A stretch of DNA of 64,000 nt from assembly GCF_041737375.1 (NCBI RefSeq), contig NZ_JBGSRV010000008.1, positions 10,648 to 74,647 on the forward strand, in the 5' to 3' direction. The DNA is from Vampirovibrio sp. GTDB taxonomy: Bacteria; Cyanobacteriota; Vampirovibrionia; Vampirovibrionales; Vampirovibrionaceae. The translations under genes were made by a program, and so were the position numbers. Below are positions 19,867 to 28,718 of this stretch, piece by piece. The notes under the pieces are model-generated. The model worked only from the letters and a program-made list of their open reading frames with translations, did not search any database and was not told the origin of the DNA. Each line of letters starts with the position of its first letter. The stretch's first letter is position 1.

Positions 19867-20472
19867 TTAAAACGCCACTTTGGGCAAGGCTTTTTCGCTG
19901 GCGGTGGCTTCAAAAGGCACCTTGCGCTCAAAGCCGGAAATACCGGCCACAATATTACCGGGGAAGCTTCTGACTGAAACGTTGTAGGTTTTTACGGCAT
20001 CGTTATAAGCCAAACGGGCCACGTTAATCCGGTTTTCCGTGCCAGTTAACTCATCTTGCAAGCGTATAAAGTTCTGGTCGGCTTTCAGTTGGGGATAATT
20101 TTCGGCAATGGCCAGCAAGCGGCCCAGCGAAGCGTTAAAGGCCCCATTGGCGGCGGCGGCTTCTTGAGGGTTGGTATTCACATCGGCGTTCAGCAAGCGG
20201 CTTCGGGCTGAAGCGATGTTGTTATAAACTTCCTGCTCGTGCTTGGCGTAACCCTTGACGGTTGCCACCAGATTGGGCACCAAATCGGCCCGGCGTTTTA
20301 ATTGGGATTCCACGTTGGAAGCCCGCAGTTCCAGTTCCGCATCCTGATTGACCAATCCGTTATAACTGCCTGTAAACCACAGTCCGGCCACAATAATGAC
20401 GCCGACAAGAGCAAGCAGAATCACTGCCGTTGAACCTAACCCATTGTTGCGGTTGCGCTTGAATAAGGACAT
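19867..20472 (-). CDS. lemA: LemA family protein.
   Basis: N-terminal TM, then GSYNGLVNQDAELE...QLKRRADLVPNLV...ENYPQLKA is the LemA signature. It sits upstream of and on the same strand as the TPM gene, the classic LemA-TPM pairing. Confidence 0.85.
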   Translation of the reverse strand: MSLFKRNRNNGLGSTAVILLALVGVIIVAGLWFTGSYNGLVNQDAELELRASNVESQLKRRADLVPNLVATVKGYAKHEQEVYNNIASARSRLLNADVNTNPQEAAAANGAFNASLGRLLAIAENYPQLKADQNFIRLQDELTGTENRINVARLAYNDAVKTYNVSVRSFPGNIVAGISGFERKVPFEATASEKALPKVAF

Positions 20473-20636
20473 GGATTGTTGAACCTTTCTGGATGATTTT
20501 TCTGCTTTATTTTTTTGCACGATTTCATGAGCTTGTTGTGGGCTATTGTAACACGGGCACGGCAGAGGCTTGGGGTGGGATGCACCCAGGCTTTCTGGAA
20601 GGTGTGGCCCTTCATCACGGATGAGGCCTGGAGGCG

Positions 20637-21098
20637 TTATTTTTTTTCAGGCAGCAGGTGGGCATTCACATGAACGTCAATGGCTTGCCAGTAAGCTTTT
20701 ATGGTTTCCAGCGTGGTGCTTTCCGCTGGAGTCAGCCTGTTTTGCAGTTGAGTTACCTGAATGCGATCGCTTTGTAGGGCCTGTAAGTGCTGCTGAACTT
20801 CCTGCTTTTTGTTCGTGGGGCTGTGGGCCAAGTCCTCACTCAGCCGGTTGATGCCTTGATCCAGCTTACGCAGGGTGACGGCCATATTGGCTGACAGCCG
20901 TTTTTTTTCCTGCTGCATAAATGCGGCGGTGGTAATCAACGCCTTTGTGGATTGAGCGGTGACCTGTTGGAAGGTAATGTCGGTTTTCTCAGACGTTTTC
21001 AAGCTGGACTGTTGAACGGGTGCAGGGACTAATAGGTTGAAAAAGAAATAAATGGCGGCACCTATCCCTAAAAATTGAATCATCGCTTTCATAAGCAT
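20637..21098 (-). CDS. Hypothetical protein with an N-terminal TM helix and a coiled-coil.
   Basis: ORF with MIQFLGIGAAIYFFFNLLV, then a Q/L-rich coiled-coil region. No motif. Confidence 0.45.
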   Translation of the reverse strand: MLMKAMIQFLGIGAAIYFFFNLLVPAPVQQSSLKTSEKTDITFQQVTAQSTKALITTAAFMQQEKKRLSANMAVTLRKLDQGINRLSEDLAHSPTNKKQEVQQHLQALQSDRIQVTQLQNRLTPAESTTLETIKAYWQAIDVHVNAHLLPEKK

Positions 21099-21323
21099 CT
21101 CCCGGAAAATCAGGAACAGCCTTGGTTTTACGGATACCTGATTTTATCAGACGGTTGCCCGAGTTTCGCAATTGCTCTATTGCCTATGGCCCTATTGAAG
21201 GGCCTCTGTTATGGGGGGATCGCTTTTTATAGTTCCCAAGCAAAAAACTCCCGCTGATTCCCACTGATTGATGGGATAGCGGGAGATTCCTGCCGGGGTG
21301 AGACACGAGCAGGGGGGCGCGGT

Positions 21324-21740
21324 TTATTGCACCACCGCTTCCACCAGCTCGCTTACTCTTTCTTTGACCTCGCTTTTGGCTAAATCCCCTTCGCTAATAA
21401 TGCCCACCAGACATTGCTCTTCGTCCACCACCGGAATACGGCGAATTTGCTCTTTTTCCATGCGCGCAATCACCGTTTCAATGGGGTCGGTTTGCTCGCA
21501 GGTCACAATGGGGGTGGTCATGATTTCGCTCACCGGGGTGTCTTCAGGATCCAGATAGTCCAGTACGGTTTTCAGGCAAATATCACGATCGGTGATGATG
21601 CCCACGCAATGATCCATTGCGTCCACCACCGGTACCACCCCGCAATCTTCCCGGTTCATGACCCGAACAACATCCATAATGGTATTTTCTTCCCGACATA
21701 CTGAGGGGTTTGAGGTCATTACATCTTTTGCCAGACACAT
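21324..21740 (-). CDS. CBS-domain pair protein.
   Basis: Two CBS repeats, VMTSNPSVCREENTIMDVVRVM...GVVPVVD and IMTTPIVTCEQTDPIETVIARM...RIPVVD. Confidence 0.8.
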   Translation of the reverse strand: MCLAKDVMTSNPSVCREENTIMDVVRVMNREDCGVVPVVDAMDHCVGIITDRDICLKTVLDYLDPEDTPVSEIMTTPIVTCEQTDPIETVIARMEKEQIRRIPVVDEEQCLVGIISEGDLAKSEVKERVSELVEAVVQ

Positions 21741-21828
21741 GATAGAAGTCCCTCCGACGGTTGCGCTCTGTGGGGTGAAAGAAATTTTGTAAAATGACGT
21801 TGATTCTGTAATGGAATTTTGGCCAACT

Positions 21829-22797
21829 TTACGGTTCCCGTTGGCTCTCTGCTTTCGGCTCTTTCGATTCCGCCATCGATTTCAGTGTTTCTTCCCGAGG
21901 GCCTCGCCCAATGTCAATTTCTTCGTCAATGCCTTCGGTGTAACTCTCTATATCTTCTTGCTCCGTATCCAGACTTTCTGTAAAAACGTCCTCTTGATTA
22001 GGCGTGTCGCCAAAATCTTGCATGTCTCTTAAGTCTTCACTGTATAGGGCGCCTTCCTCCGACAGGTAGGGCGTTTCTGAGGCTTGCAACGTTTGCAGCG
22101 TCTGTGTTGCTTCCAGATGTTCTTCCGCTTCTCCCAGAATCACAGCGTCACTGACGTCGTTATCAAGCCCATAAGGACCCTCATAGCCTGTTTCTTCTGT
22201 TTCGCTCAATGCCGGGCTTGTTTCTTCTGTTTCGTTGAAGGCATTGGAGGCTACCGCTCCCGATACCACAAACTGCTCTGGTTCAAGCGTTTTGCCAACA
22301 TGCGCTTTTTCAGTAGGAACATTGGTGCCTTCCACTAGATGTTTGAAGTTTTGCAGCTCTTCCTCTACCATTTTTTGAGGGTTCAGAACCAGTTTGGCCA
22401 CGGTTTCCCCTAATGGCCCGGCGGGTGCCTGATACTGCAAATCACAACGTAGCAATGTTCTTTGATTATCCAATTCCTCAAAGCGAATACGTCCTTCGGC
22501 GCTGATTTGAGACTCTTCCACGGTGTGCCAGGTAATCAGTCGATTGGGATCATCGCGATCAATGGTGGCATCCCACGCCACATCAGAGCCGAGTGGGCCA
22601 GCCACCACCCAGTGCCATCGTTTTTCTTCCAATGGCTCCACCGCTTTTATATGGGTCATAAAGTGCGGAAATTGCTCGAAATGGTGCCATGTTTCATAAC
22701 AAGCGTGAGCGGGCGCGTCAATTTCAACGGTACTTTGAAAGCGGTCCATGGTCATTTCCCCCATTGATTCATGAGGCTTTGTGTTCACCAAGCCCAA
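21829..22797 (-). CDS. SRPBCC (cyclase/dehydrase, START-like) family protein with a long acidic C-terminal tail.
   Basis: FQSTVEIDAPAHACYETWHHFEQFPHFMTHIKAVE...WHWVVAGPLG...WDATIDRDDPNRLITW is a polyketide-cyclase-type fold. About 150 aa of D/E/T-rich low complexity follow. Confidence 0.7.
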   Translation of the reverse strand: MGLVNTKPHESMGEMTMDRFQSTVEIDAPAHACYETWHHFEQFPHFMTHIKAVEPLEEKRWHWVVAGPLGSDVAWDATIDRDDPNRLITWHTVEESQISAEGRIRFEELDNQRTLLRCDLQYQAPAGPLGETVAKLVLNPQKMVEEELQNFKHLVEGTNVPTEKAHVGKTLEPEQFVVSGAVASNAFNETEETSPALSETEETGYEGPYGLDNDVSDAVILGEAEEHLEATQTLQTLQASETPYLSEEGALYSEDLRDMQDFGDTPNQEDVFTESLDTEQEDIESYTEGIDEEIDIGRGPREETLKSMAESKEPKAESQREP

Positions 22798-23138
22798 TAA
22801 GGTCCGTTACAGGCACCTGTCAGTTAAAAAACACTGACGAGCAGGTAGTGGAAAAATGAATGGATACATTGGGGTGATGAATAAAGCGGTTCCTGGGCCG
22901 AAAGATCCAAATTTACTATCAGGAATGGAGGCTTTCTGCCTGTCATAACCATATCAAAGGGTGTGGTGGCGAGCAATTCCCCACCTGTCTAAAATACAAG
23001 CCGGGTTTGCGGTTTCAGGCTGAAGTATCTCAAGGCAATTTTGGGAGATCGGTTGTTTTCATGAAGAAGCATAAACCCGCTTGCGTTTAGGCTTTATTTT
23101 CGTTGTGGCCCCCTGAATTTTGTTATAGGTTAAGCATT

Positions 23139-23813
23139 ATGCATTTTCCGCTCACCATTAATTTTCATGACCTGATTATGTTCTTTGTAGGAACATTTAT
23201 TTCCCTGTTTTCTATTGTGGATCCGCTCATGGCGGCCCCCTTGTTTGTGACCCTCACCGACGGCCAAAGCTCGGAGAAACGAAATCAGGTGGCTCGCAGG
23301 GCTTCTTTGTTTGCTTTCGCTATTTTGGGCATCTTTTTTATCACGGGTAGCCTGATCCTGAATTTTTTCCAGATTTCCATTGACGCCTTACGCATTGCGG
23401 GTGGGCTGATGATTTTAACTTCCGCCTACGGCATGTTAAACAAGGAAGACAGCCTGGATGAGGTGGAGGAAAAAGAGGCCAAAAAGAAGGCCAACAAGCA
23501 TGATGATATTGCTTTTTCACCCTTGGCCATGCCCATTCTCAGTGGTCCGGGCGCGATTGCGGTTATCATCGGAATGACCGCCAACGCGGGTGGCTCTGTT
23601 TTCAAATATCTGGTCATCTTGCTGGCCATTATGGCGGTCTGCTTTAGCAGTTACATCACCATGCGGGTTTCAGAAACCATTATGAACCGCATGGGACCTA
23701 CCATCGTGAAGGCGTTTACCCGCATTATGGGCTTTATTCTGCTGTGCGTTGGGGTTCAGTTTTTGGTGAACGGTATTTCCCCGCTTTTATTTACGGCTTT
23801 GCACGGAAAATAA
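23139..23813 (+). CDS. MarC family (UPF0056) integral membrane protein.
   Basis: FFVGTFISLFSIVDPLMAAPLFVTLT and six predicted TM segments. Confidence 0.75.
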   Translation: MHFPLTINFHDLIMFFVGTFISLFSIVDPLMAAPLFVTLTDGQSSEKRNQVARRASLFAFAILGIFFITGSLILNFFQISIDALRIAGGLMILTSAYGMLNKEDSLDEVEEKEAKKKANKHDDIAFSPLAMPILSGPGAIAVIIGMTANAGGSVFKYLVILLAIMAVCFSSYITMRVSETIMNRMGPTIVKAFTRIMGFILLCVGVQFLVNGISPLLFTALHGK

Positions 23814-23854
23814 AAGCGTTTGGGAAGCGCTTTTACAGTTACAGGGCGCTTGTT

Positions 23855-24598
23855 TTAAACGTCCAGATAATCAACAGGTATAAAAATGTTGTCAGGCTCT
23901 TGGGCTTGAGGGGCCAGTCTCAATGTGAGCGCTTTTAGTTTTTCAGCCTGCACGCTTTCCGCAATATCTGCCGGGCTTAGCGTGTAGTGAGGAAAACTTT
24001 CCAGCTTGCGGAAGGGGAAATCTTTTAAAACCACTTGCCGGGAACGATAGGGCGATGGGGGTGGTGTGTGGGGCTGCGGTGAATTTTTTTTGGGGCGCAG
24101 TTTTTGAGAAAGCGGGTTACTTTTGGGTGGGTGCGTTTTTGAGGCTTGTGTTCCCGGTGGGTAAGGGTTTTCGGGTTGGGTTTTTGGGGTATGGAGTTTG
24201 TTAACCAGCGCTTGCAGCCATGGCCGTTGCAGTGCCTTTTGGCTCAGGGCGTGAATCCCTTCTTTTGAGTCCTGCAAAAATTGCTGGGTAGGCTTCGTCC
24301 ATCCAGCGATACTTTGGGAGATGCTTTTGGATTGTGTGGTTTGAATTGGAGGGTCTGCCCCCATGGCCCAAGGCGGGGACACGGGTTCACCACCGGGTGA
24401 GGGGTTGTAAAAGCCTGAATAGGGTGCGCTGTTCGAGGGCGTTTGCGCCATTGGCAGAGGCATGGATTGCGCTTTTTGCGAGGCCCACTGACCTGCCTGA
24501 TGAAAGAGTTCCAGCATGGAGAAACAAAATATCCGAACCCTACCAATACAGGCCCGATTGTAACCCACAGATGCTTTGCAAAATAGAGCGCTTGCCAA
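23855..24598 (-). CDS. Hypothetical Pro-rich low-complexity protein; second gene of an operon with the 640-aa protein.
   Basis: ORF lies 44 nt downstream of the 640-aa gene on the same strand. P/Q/S/K-rich, for example PKKNSPQPHTPPPSPYRS. The start is uncertain, with several in-frame ATGs. Confidence 0.4.
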   Translation of the reverse strand: MASALFCKASVGYNRACIGRVRIFCFSMLELFHQAGQWASQKAQSMPLPMAQTPSNSAPYSGFYNPSPGGEPVSPPWAMGADPPIQTTQSKSISQSIAGWTKPTQQFLQDSKEGIHALSQKALQRPWLQALVNKLHTPKTQPENPYPPGTQASKTHPPKSNPLSQKLRPKKNSPQPHTPPPSPYRSRQVVLKDFPFRKLESFPHYTLSPADIAESVQAEKLKALTLRLAPQAQEPDNIFIPVDYLDV

Positions 24599-24642
24599 AC
24601 AGCACGAAAGCCGTTTTTGGTTTAGCTCAGGCGTTTTTAGGA

Positions 24643-26565
24643 TTACAAGGTGCTGGGATCAAAATAGTTGGTGCGCCCGTGGCTTTTTTTCTGCTGGCCA
24701 TCGTAGTTGCTTATAATCGAGCTTTCCATGCTTTTCATCTGTTTGCTGGCCGGGTTATCAATAATTTGAGAGGGGGACAGCGAAAAAGAAGGCATTGCTT
24801 TGGGCTGAATGCCCGCTGGGGCTTGAGGCACAAAGCCCGGTGGCTGCAATGGGTTTTGAGGAGAGTTCACACTGGCCTTTGACATTGGGTTAGGGGCCAT
24901 GCCGCCTGCTGGCTGCATGCCGGGAGGGGTGATGATGCCTTGCGGTGCCTGGGCGGGTTGCTTGCCTTTGCCATCCAAGCTGTCCTTGCTGGGTTTGCCA
25001 AAAATCAGGTGCGCTATTTTTTCGCCCCCAAACTGGAAGGCGGAACCAATGGCGAACATGGCAATCAGCTCAGTGGCCAAGCCCCCCATGGTTAGTCGGG
25101 CAAAAAAGCCGCCAATACCTTTGCCGAAAACAGTCCCCATGCCTTTGGCAAAACGACTGCCTTCGCCACCCAGCAGTTTTTGGACGCCTTTGCCAAAGCG
25201 TTCCCCAAAAATGGGTATCCGGCTTCCAACCGCATTGTCAAACGGGCGCATCGTGCCAAATTTACCCAGTAATTTATGAAAGGCGGTTGAACTGTTTAAC
25301 CATTTACGCCCCAGTTCCCAACCCACAAAATTGGCAATGCCGGTGCCGAAAAAATCGTGGAAGAAGGTTCTGGTTTTTTCCCCTTCTTTGGCATTTTTGG
25401 CCTTTTGGAGGGACATGCCGAAAAGAAAACCGCCAGCCATCAGAGGGCCTAGCAGGCTGGCATTGAAAATACTTTTAGAGCCCAGGCTTAGCGTATCCCC
25501 GTTAAAAATACGCTGGATGTATTGCCCACTGAGGGCCATCATTCGGCCTAGCGGGCCAACATTGCCTTCTGCCAGCTTGGCGGTGAGTTTGGCCTGAGCC
25601 TCATAGGCAGGCTTGTAATGGCCTTTCAGCCCTCGAATTCTTTCTTTGAGCCCCCGCAGTTTCTGTAAAATCTGTTTTTCATCGGGAGAGAGCGGGTGGG
25701 TGGCGTTTTCCAAATAGTGCAGCTGGGCACGGGCCTGATTTAAAGTGGTTTCAAAATTTAAATTGTGAGGGTTTTTTAGCCATTGGGCATCTTTTTGAGC
25801 AAAGTTGAAAAATGGGGTATCTGCCTTGAGCCGTCGTTTTTCTTTGCCTCTCAGGATTTCCTGATAAGCATCGGAATTGGCGGGTAAGTCTTTGATTCTC
25901 TGCTTAAAGTTTTTATCAACGTGCTGGTTGTAGGCTTTAATAATATCCAGCTTTTTGGCCTGCAAATACTGTTGTTCATACGCTTTTTTCAGGTTGTCAT
26001 TAAAGCGGTTAGGAAATTTTTCCATCATCGCTTCAATATGGCGTTTCTCCATGTCAGAAACCGAATTCTGCGCGTACTTTTGCCATTGGAGCTTGGCAGG
26101 ATCTTTAGAGAGGTTCACGGGGACGCTGGAGGCGGTGGTTAACAGGCCTTCCTTTAACCACGGATGTTTGCCACCCAGTTTTTGGTAACGGGCGCCAGCC
26201 CAGTCCGTCAGTTTTCGAACACCCGGAACGTTGTCCAGCCATTTTGCGACGGCGGGAATGGGGCCATTGTACTGTTGGCCCATTAGAGCTGAAAAGCCAT
26301 AAGCGGTACCCAACCCGGCCACCATGCCAATCCCCATTTCCTTGGGGCCTGGAAAAATATTCAGTAAATCTCCCCCGTTGGGGTCTGCCACCTGTTGTTG
26401 CGCTTGGGCCATCATGCGGGGATCAACCCCTCCTTGGGCCATGGCGGCTGCCTGTAGCGGGTTCATTCCAACAGGCCCATCTGGCGAGGGTTGCTGAGGG
26501 GGCATCAGCCCGTTTAATGCTGGCGGGAATGCTCCCTTTTGAAACTGGGGAAATGGTTGGCCCAT
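24643..26565 (-). CDS. Large hypothetical protein, 640 aa. It has P/Q-rich termini, a basic coiled-coil middle, and a Gly-rich block with repeated FGKG/FxxG motifs.
   Basis: ATG at 26565. No catalytic motif recognised. Region 400-520 reads FGERFGKGVQKLLGGEGSRFAKGMGTVFGKGIGGFFARLTMGGL. Confidence 0.6.
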   Translation of the reverse strand: MGQPFPQFQKGAFPPALNGLMPPQQPSPDGPVGMNPLQAAAMAQGGVDPRMMAQAQQQVADPNGGDLLNIFPGPKEMGIGMVAGLGTAYGFSALMGQQYNGPIPAVAKWLDNVPGVRKLTDWAGARYQKLGGKHPWLKEGLLTTASSVPVNLSKDPAKLQWQKYAQNSVSDMEKRHIEAMMEKFPNRFNDNLKKAYEQQYLQAKKLDIIKAYNQHVDKNFKQRIKDLPANSDAYQEILRGKEKRRLKADTPFFNFAQKDAQWLKNPHNLNFETTLNQARAQLHYLENATHPLSPDEKQILQKLRGLKERIRGLKGHYKPAYEAQAKLTAKLAEGNVGPLGRMMALSGQYIQRIFNGDTLSLGSKSIFNASLLGPLMAGGFLFGMSLQKAKNAKEGEKTRTFFHDFFGTGIANFVGWELGRKWLNSSTAFHKLLGKFGTMRPFDNAVGSRIPIFGERFGKGVQKLLGGEGSRFAKGMGTVFGKGIGGFFARLTMGGLATELIAMFAIGSAFQFGGEKIAHLIFGKPSKDSLDGKGKQPAQAPQGIITPPGMQPAGGMAPNPMSKASVNSPQNPLQPPGFVPQAPAGIQPKAMPSFSLSPSQIIDNPASKQMKSMESSIISNYDGQQKKSHGRTNYFDPSTL

Positions 26566-26897
26566 GCTAAATCGTCCCTATTGGTGTCGCCTTTGCCTGC
26601 AGATGTATCCGTGACATCTTGAATTACAGGCATAAAAACAGGCAATGGGTATTTTGTGTTACTCAAAGTCTCCATTCTGTTTCTTATCTTAGCTCGAACA
26701 ATCAGCAACACAAAATGCCTGTTGAGCAGGTTCTTTTAACAGGCTCTACACCCGTGAAAGGAGAAACGGCCCTTTATCTACATTGTTTGAAGGTGGGCGG
26801 CAGGCCCGAATTTTTGTAGAATCAAGGCCATACTCGTAAACTTGCGGGTGGTTCAAGAATAGTAAACAAACATAATTGTGGATTTCTGATTTGATTT

Positions 26898-26934
26898 AAA
26901 ACGGGCGCAATTCAATGGCGTCCGTTTCTTTTTG
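26898..26934. terminator. Rho-independent terminator downstream of the Dam-family gene.
   Basis: AAACGGGCGCaattcaatgGCGTCCGTTTctttttgg is a 10-bp stem with one mismatch followed by a T-run. It works in both orientations. Confidence 0.55.
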
Positions 26935-27027
26935 GTTCGTGCCGTCAATAATAGCCCCGTGGGCGCAGCCCAATAGATTTGCCGTAATCACAGACAATGC
27001 GTTCAAACGGATAGGCTGTTGCCGGAA

Positions 27028-27849
27028 CTAGCCCGCCAAAATTTCCTCATCCCCAAACAGGGCCAGCATTTCATTGGCCTGTCCACGGGCATCGCCTTTG
27101 CAGCTAATGAAGCGGCGCACCTGGAAGGATACAATTTTAGCGGATTCGTAAGCGGTTTGGGTAAAGGTGGTGTCGTGGTTTGAAATTACCACGTGGACGC
27201 CTTTTTTAGACAAGCTTTTTGCCAGCTCAGCCAGGGTTTGCTGTTCCTTAATGCCAAAACCGCCGCTGCTGTAGCTGGTAAAGTTGGCGGTTTCTGTCAG
27301 GGGCACATAGGGCGGATCGCAATAAATGACATCGCCGGGTTGCGCCATTTCCATGGTTTCCACAAACCCTTGCTTTAACAGGGTGACACCCTGAATTTTG
27401 CGGTGAAACTGGGCCATTTCCTCAGCGGGAAAGTAGGGCTTGGTATAACGGCCAAAAGGAACGTTGAACTCGCCTTTGTTGTTGTATCGGCAGAGTCCGT
27501 TGTAACCGTGGCGGTTGAAATAGAGGAACAAGGCGGCTCTTAGTCTTGCATCGGTGAGGCTGTTAAACATTTTACGGAACTGGTAGTAAGTGTCTGAATC
27601 ATTCATTTCTTTGGCAAAAAAGGTGTTGCAGTAGCCAATAAACCGCTCACCATCCTTTTGCAGGTAATGGTACAGGGTCATCAGGTCCTCGTTCACGTCG
27701 CTGAGGATGGCGCTGTCAAAGTCGGTATTCAAAAAAACAGCCGCGGAGCCTGCGAATGGCTCAATCAATCGGTTTCCGGCTGGCAAAACAGCCTTGATTC
27801 TGTCGATAATGGCAAATTTGTTGCCTGCCCATTTTAGGAACGGTTTCAT
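27028..27849 (-). CDS. dam: DNA adenine methyltransferase, D12 class (Dam family), apparently orphan.
   Basis: KPFLKWAGNKF...EPFAGSAAVF...VIYCDPPY are Dam motifs I/IV. ATG at 27849. The ORF track has an upstream in-frame ATG at 27966. No restriction endonuclease gene is adjacent. Confidence 0.85.
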   Translation of the reverse strand: MKPFLKWAGNKFAIIDRIKAVLPAGNRLIEPFAGSAAVFLNTDFDSAILSDVNEDLMTLYHYLQKDGERFIGYCNTFFAKEMNDSDTYYQFRKMFNSLTDARLRAALFLYFNRHGYNGLCRYNNKGEFNVPFGRYTKPYFPAEEMAQFHRKIQGVTLLKQGFVETMEMAQPGDVIYCDPPYVPLTETANFTSYSSGGFGIKEQQTLAELAKSLSKKGVHVVISNHDTTFTQTAYESAKIVSFQVRRFISCKGDARGQANEMLALFGDEEILAG

Positions 27850-27978
27850 GATTTCTCCACTAACCTTTACCTTTCTTAACTCATCATAATATTCTTTTAC
27901 AATTTCGGGAAGCCCACCCAGCAAAGTTTTTTCAAGATCCTCTCCCTGTAGGAGCCTTTTAAGCAAAGCCCTTTCTCT

Positions 27979-28038
27979 GATCGGGTTCTGGATCTACACG
28001 CTCTGAAAAGCCTTGCGGGATCAGGATTTGGATCGATC
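27979..28038. promoter_or_regulatory. Cluster of five GATC sites within 60 bp immediately upstream of the Dam-family gene.
   Basis: GATC at 27979, 27991, 28019, 28031 and 28035, including the palindrome ggatcgatcc. About 0.2 sites are expected by chance. Confidence 0.4.
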
Positions 28039-28514
28039 CTGTTAACATGCGCTTTGGTTTTCAGGGTGTAGGGGTGTAAAAAAGCGGTTTGCCCGCTGAT
28101 TTTTGAGGTGAGTTTAAAAAAAATGGGGACCTTTTTGGGTTTTAATTCAAATTTTAATAAATAAGTTGTTTTGTGCTGATAGCTTTATTTGGTTTTTGGG
28201 TTGGAGAGAATAGAACACTTTAATATTTTTGTTACAGGGGGTTTACTTTAAATCCTGAGCGAGGACAATTAAACCTATTAGAACTGACTTGGGTTTTAGT
28301 ATTTAATTGAATGGTCGGGTTTCATGGGTTTGGTTTCATAGCTTTTAAATAAGTGGGCAATCCATTTCTCTCGATCTATTTAAAGGGCTTTGCAAACGGC
28401 CAATTAGGGGTTTTACATTTACATTCTCTTTGCTTAGAAGCCTTTCCTGGTTTGGAGGGTGCTTTCATCAAGCTGAAAAAATTAAATTAAAAAGACTACA
28501 AAAAAGGTGATGAA

Positions 28515-28650
28515 CATAGGTTTCCGAAAGGAAACCTTTTTTTTGAACTAAAGTCCGAAAGGAAACCTTTTTTTGAACATAAATCCGAAAGAAGCCTTTT
28601 TTGAGCTAAACGTCTCAAAGGAACTCTTTTTAGACAAAAATCCAGCAGTA
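28515..28650 (+). repeat. Four tandem ~30-bp repeat units, degenerate toward the downstream end; the first two each have a perfect hairpin followed by a T-run.
   Basis: Unit 1 is GGTTTCCgaaaGGAAACCtttttttgaac, unit 2 is tccgaaaggaaacctttttttgaac, unit 3 is tccgaaagaagccttttttgagc, unit 4 is tctcaaaggaactctttttagac. The first two have perfect palindromic stems. Confidence 0.6.
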
Positions 28651-28718
28651 AGCCAGCTGTTGATGAAAGCAGGGAGGGCAAGCATTGCTTGGCTCCGAGG
28701 GATGCCATGATGTTTGCT

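Noticed and set aside
24334-25597. Plus-strand ORFs (126-182 aa) overlapping the 640-aa and 247-aa minus-strand genes.
   Set aside because: These are antisense shadow frames of Pro/Gly-rich coding DNA with no ribosome-binding sites.
28515-28650. Possibility that the tandem repeats form a CRISPR array.
   Set aside because: There are only four degenerate units with 5-8 bp between them, which is no room for spacers. No cas genes are present.
28496-28708. 70-aa minus-strand ORF spanning the tandem hairpin repeats.
   Set aside because: Its repetitive amino-acid sequence only mirrors the DNA repeat. There is no ribosome-binding site. The region is better explained as non-coding structure.
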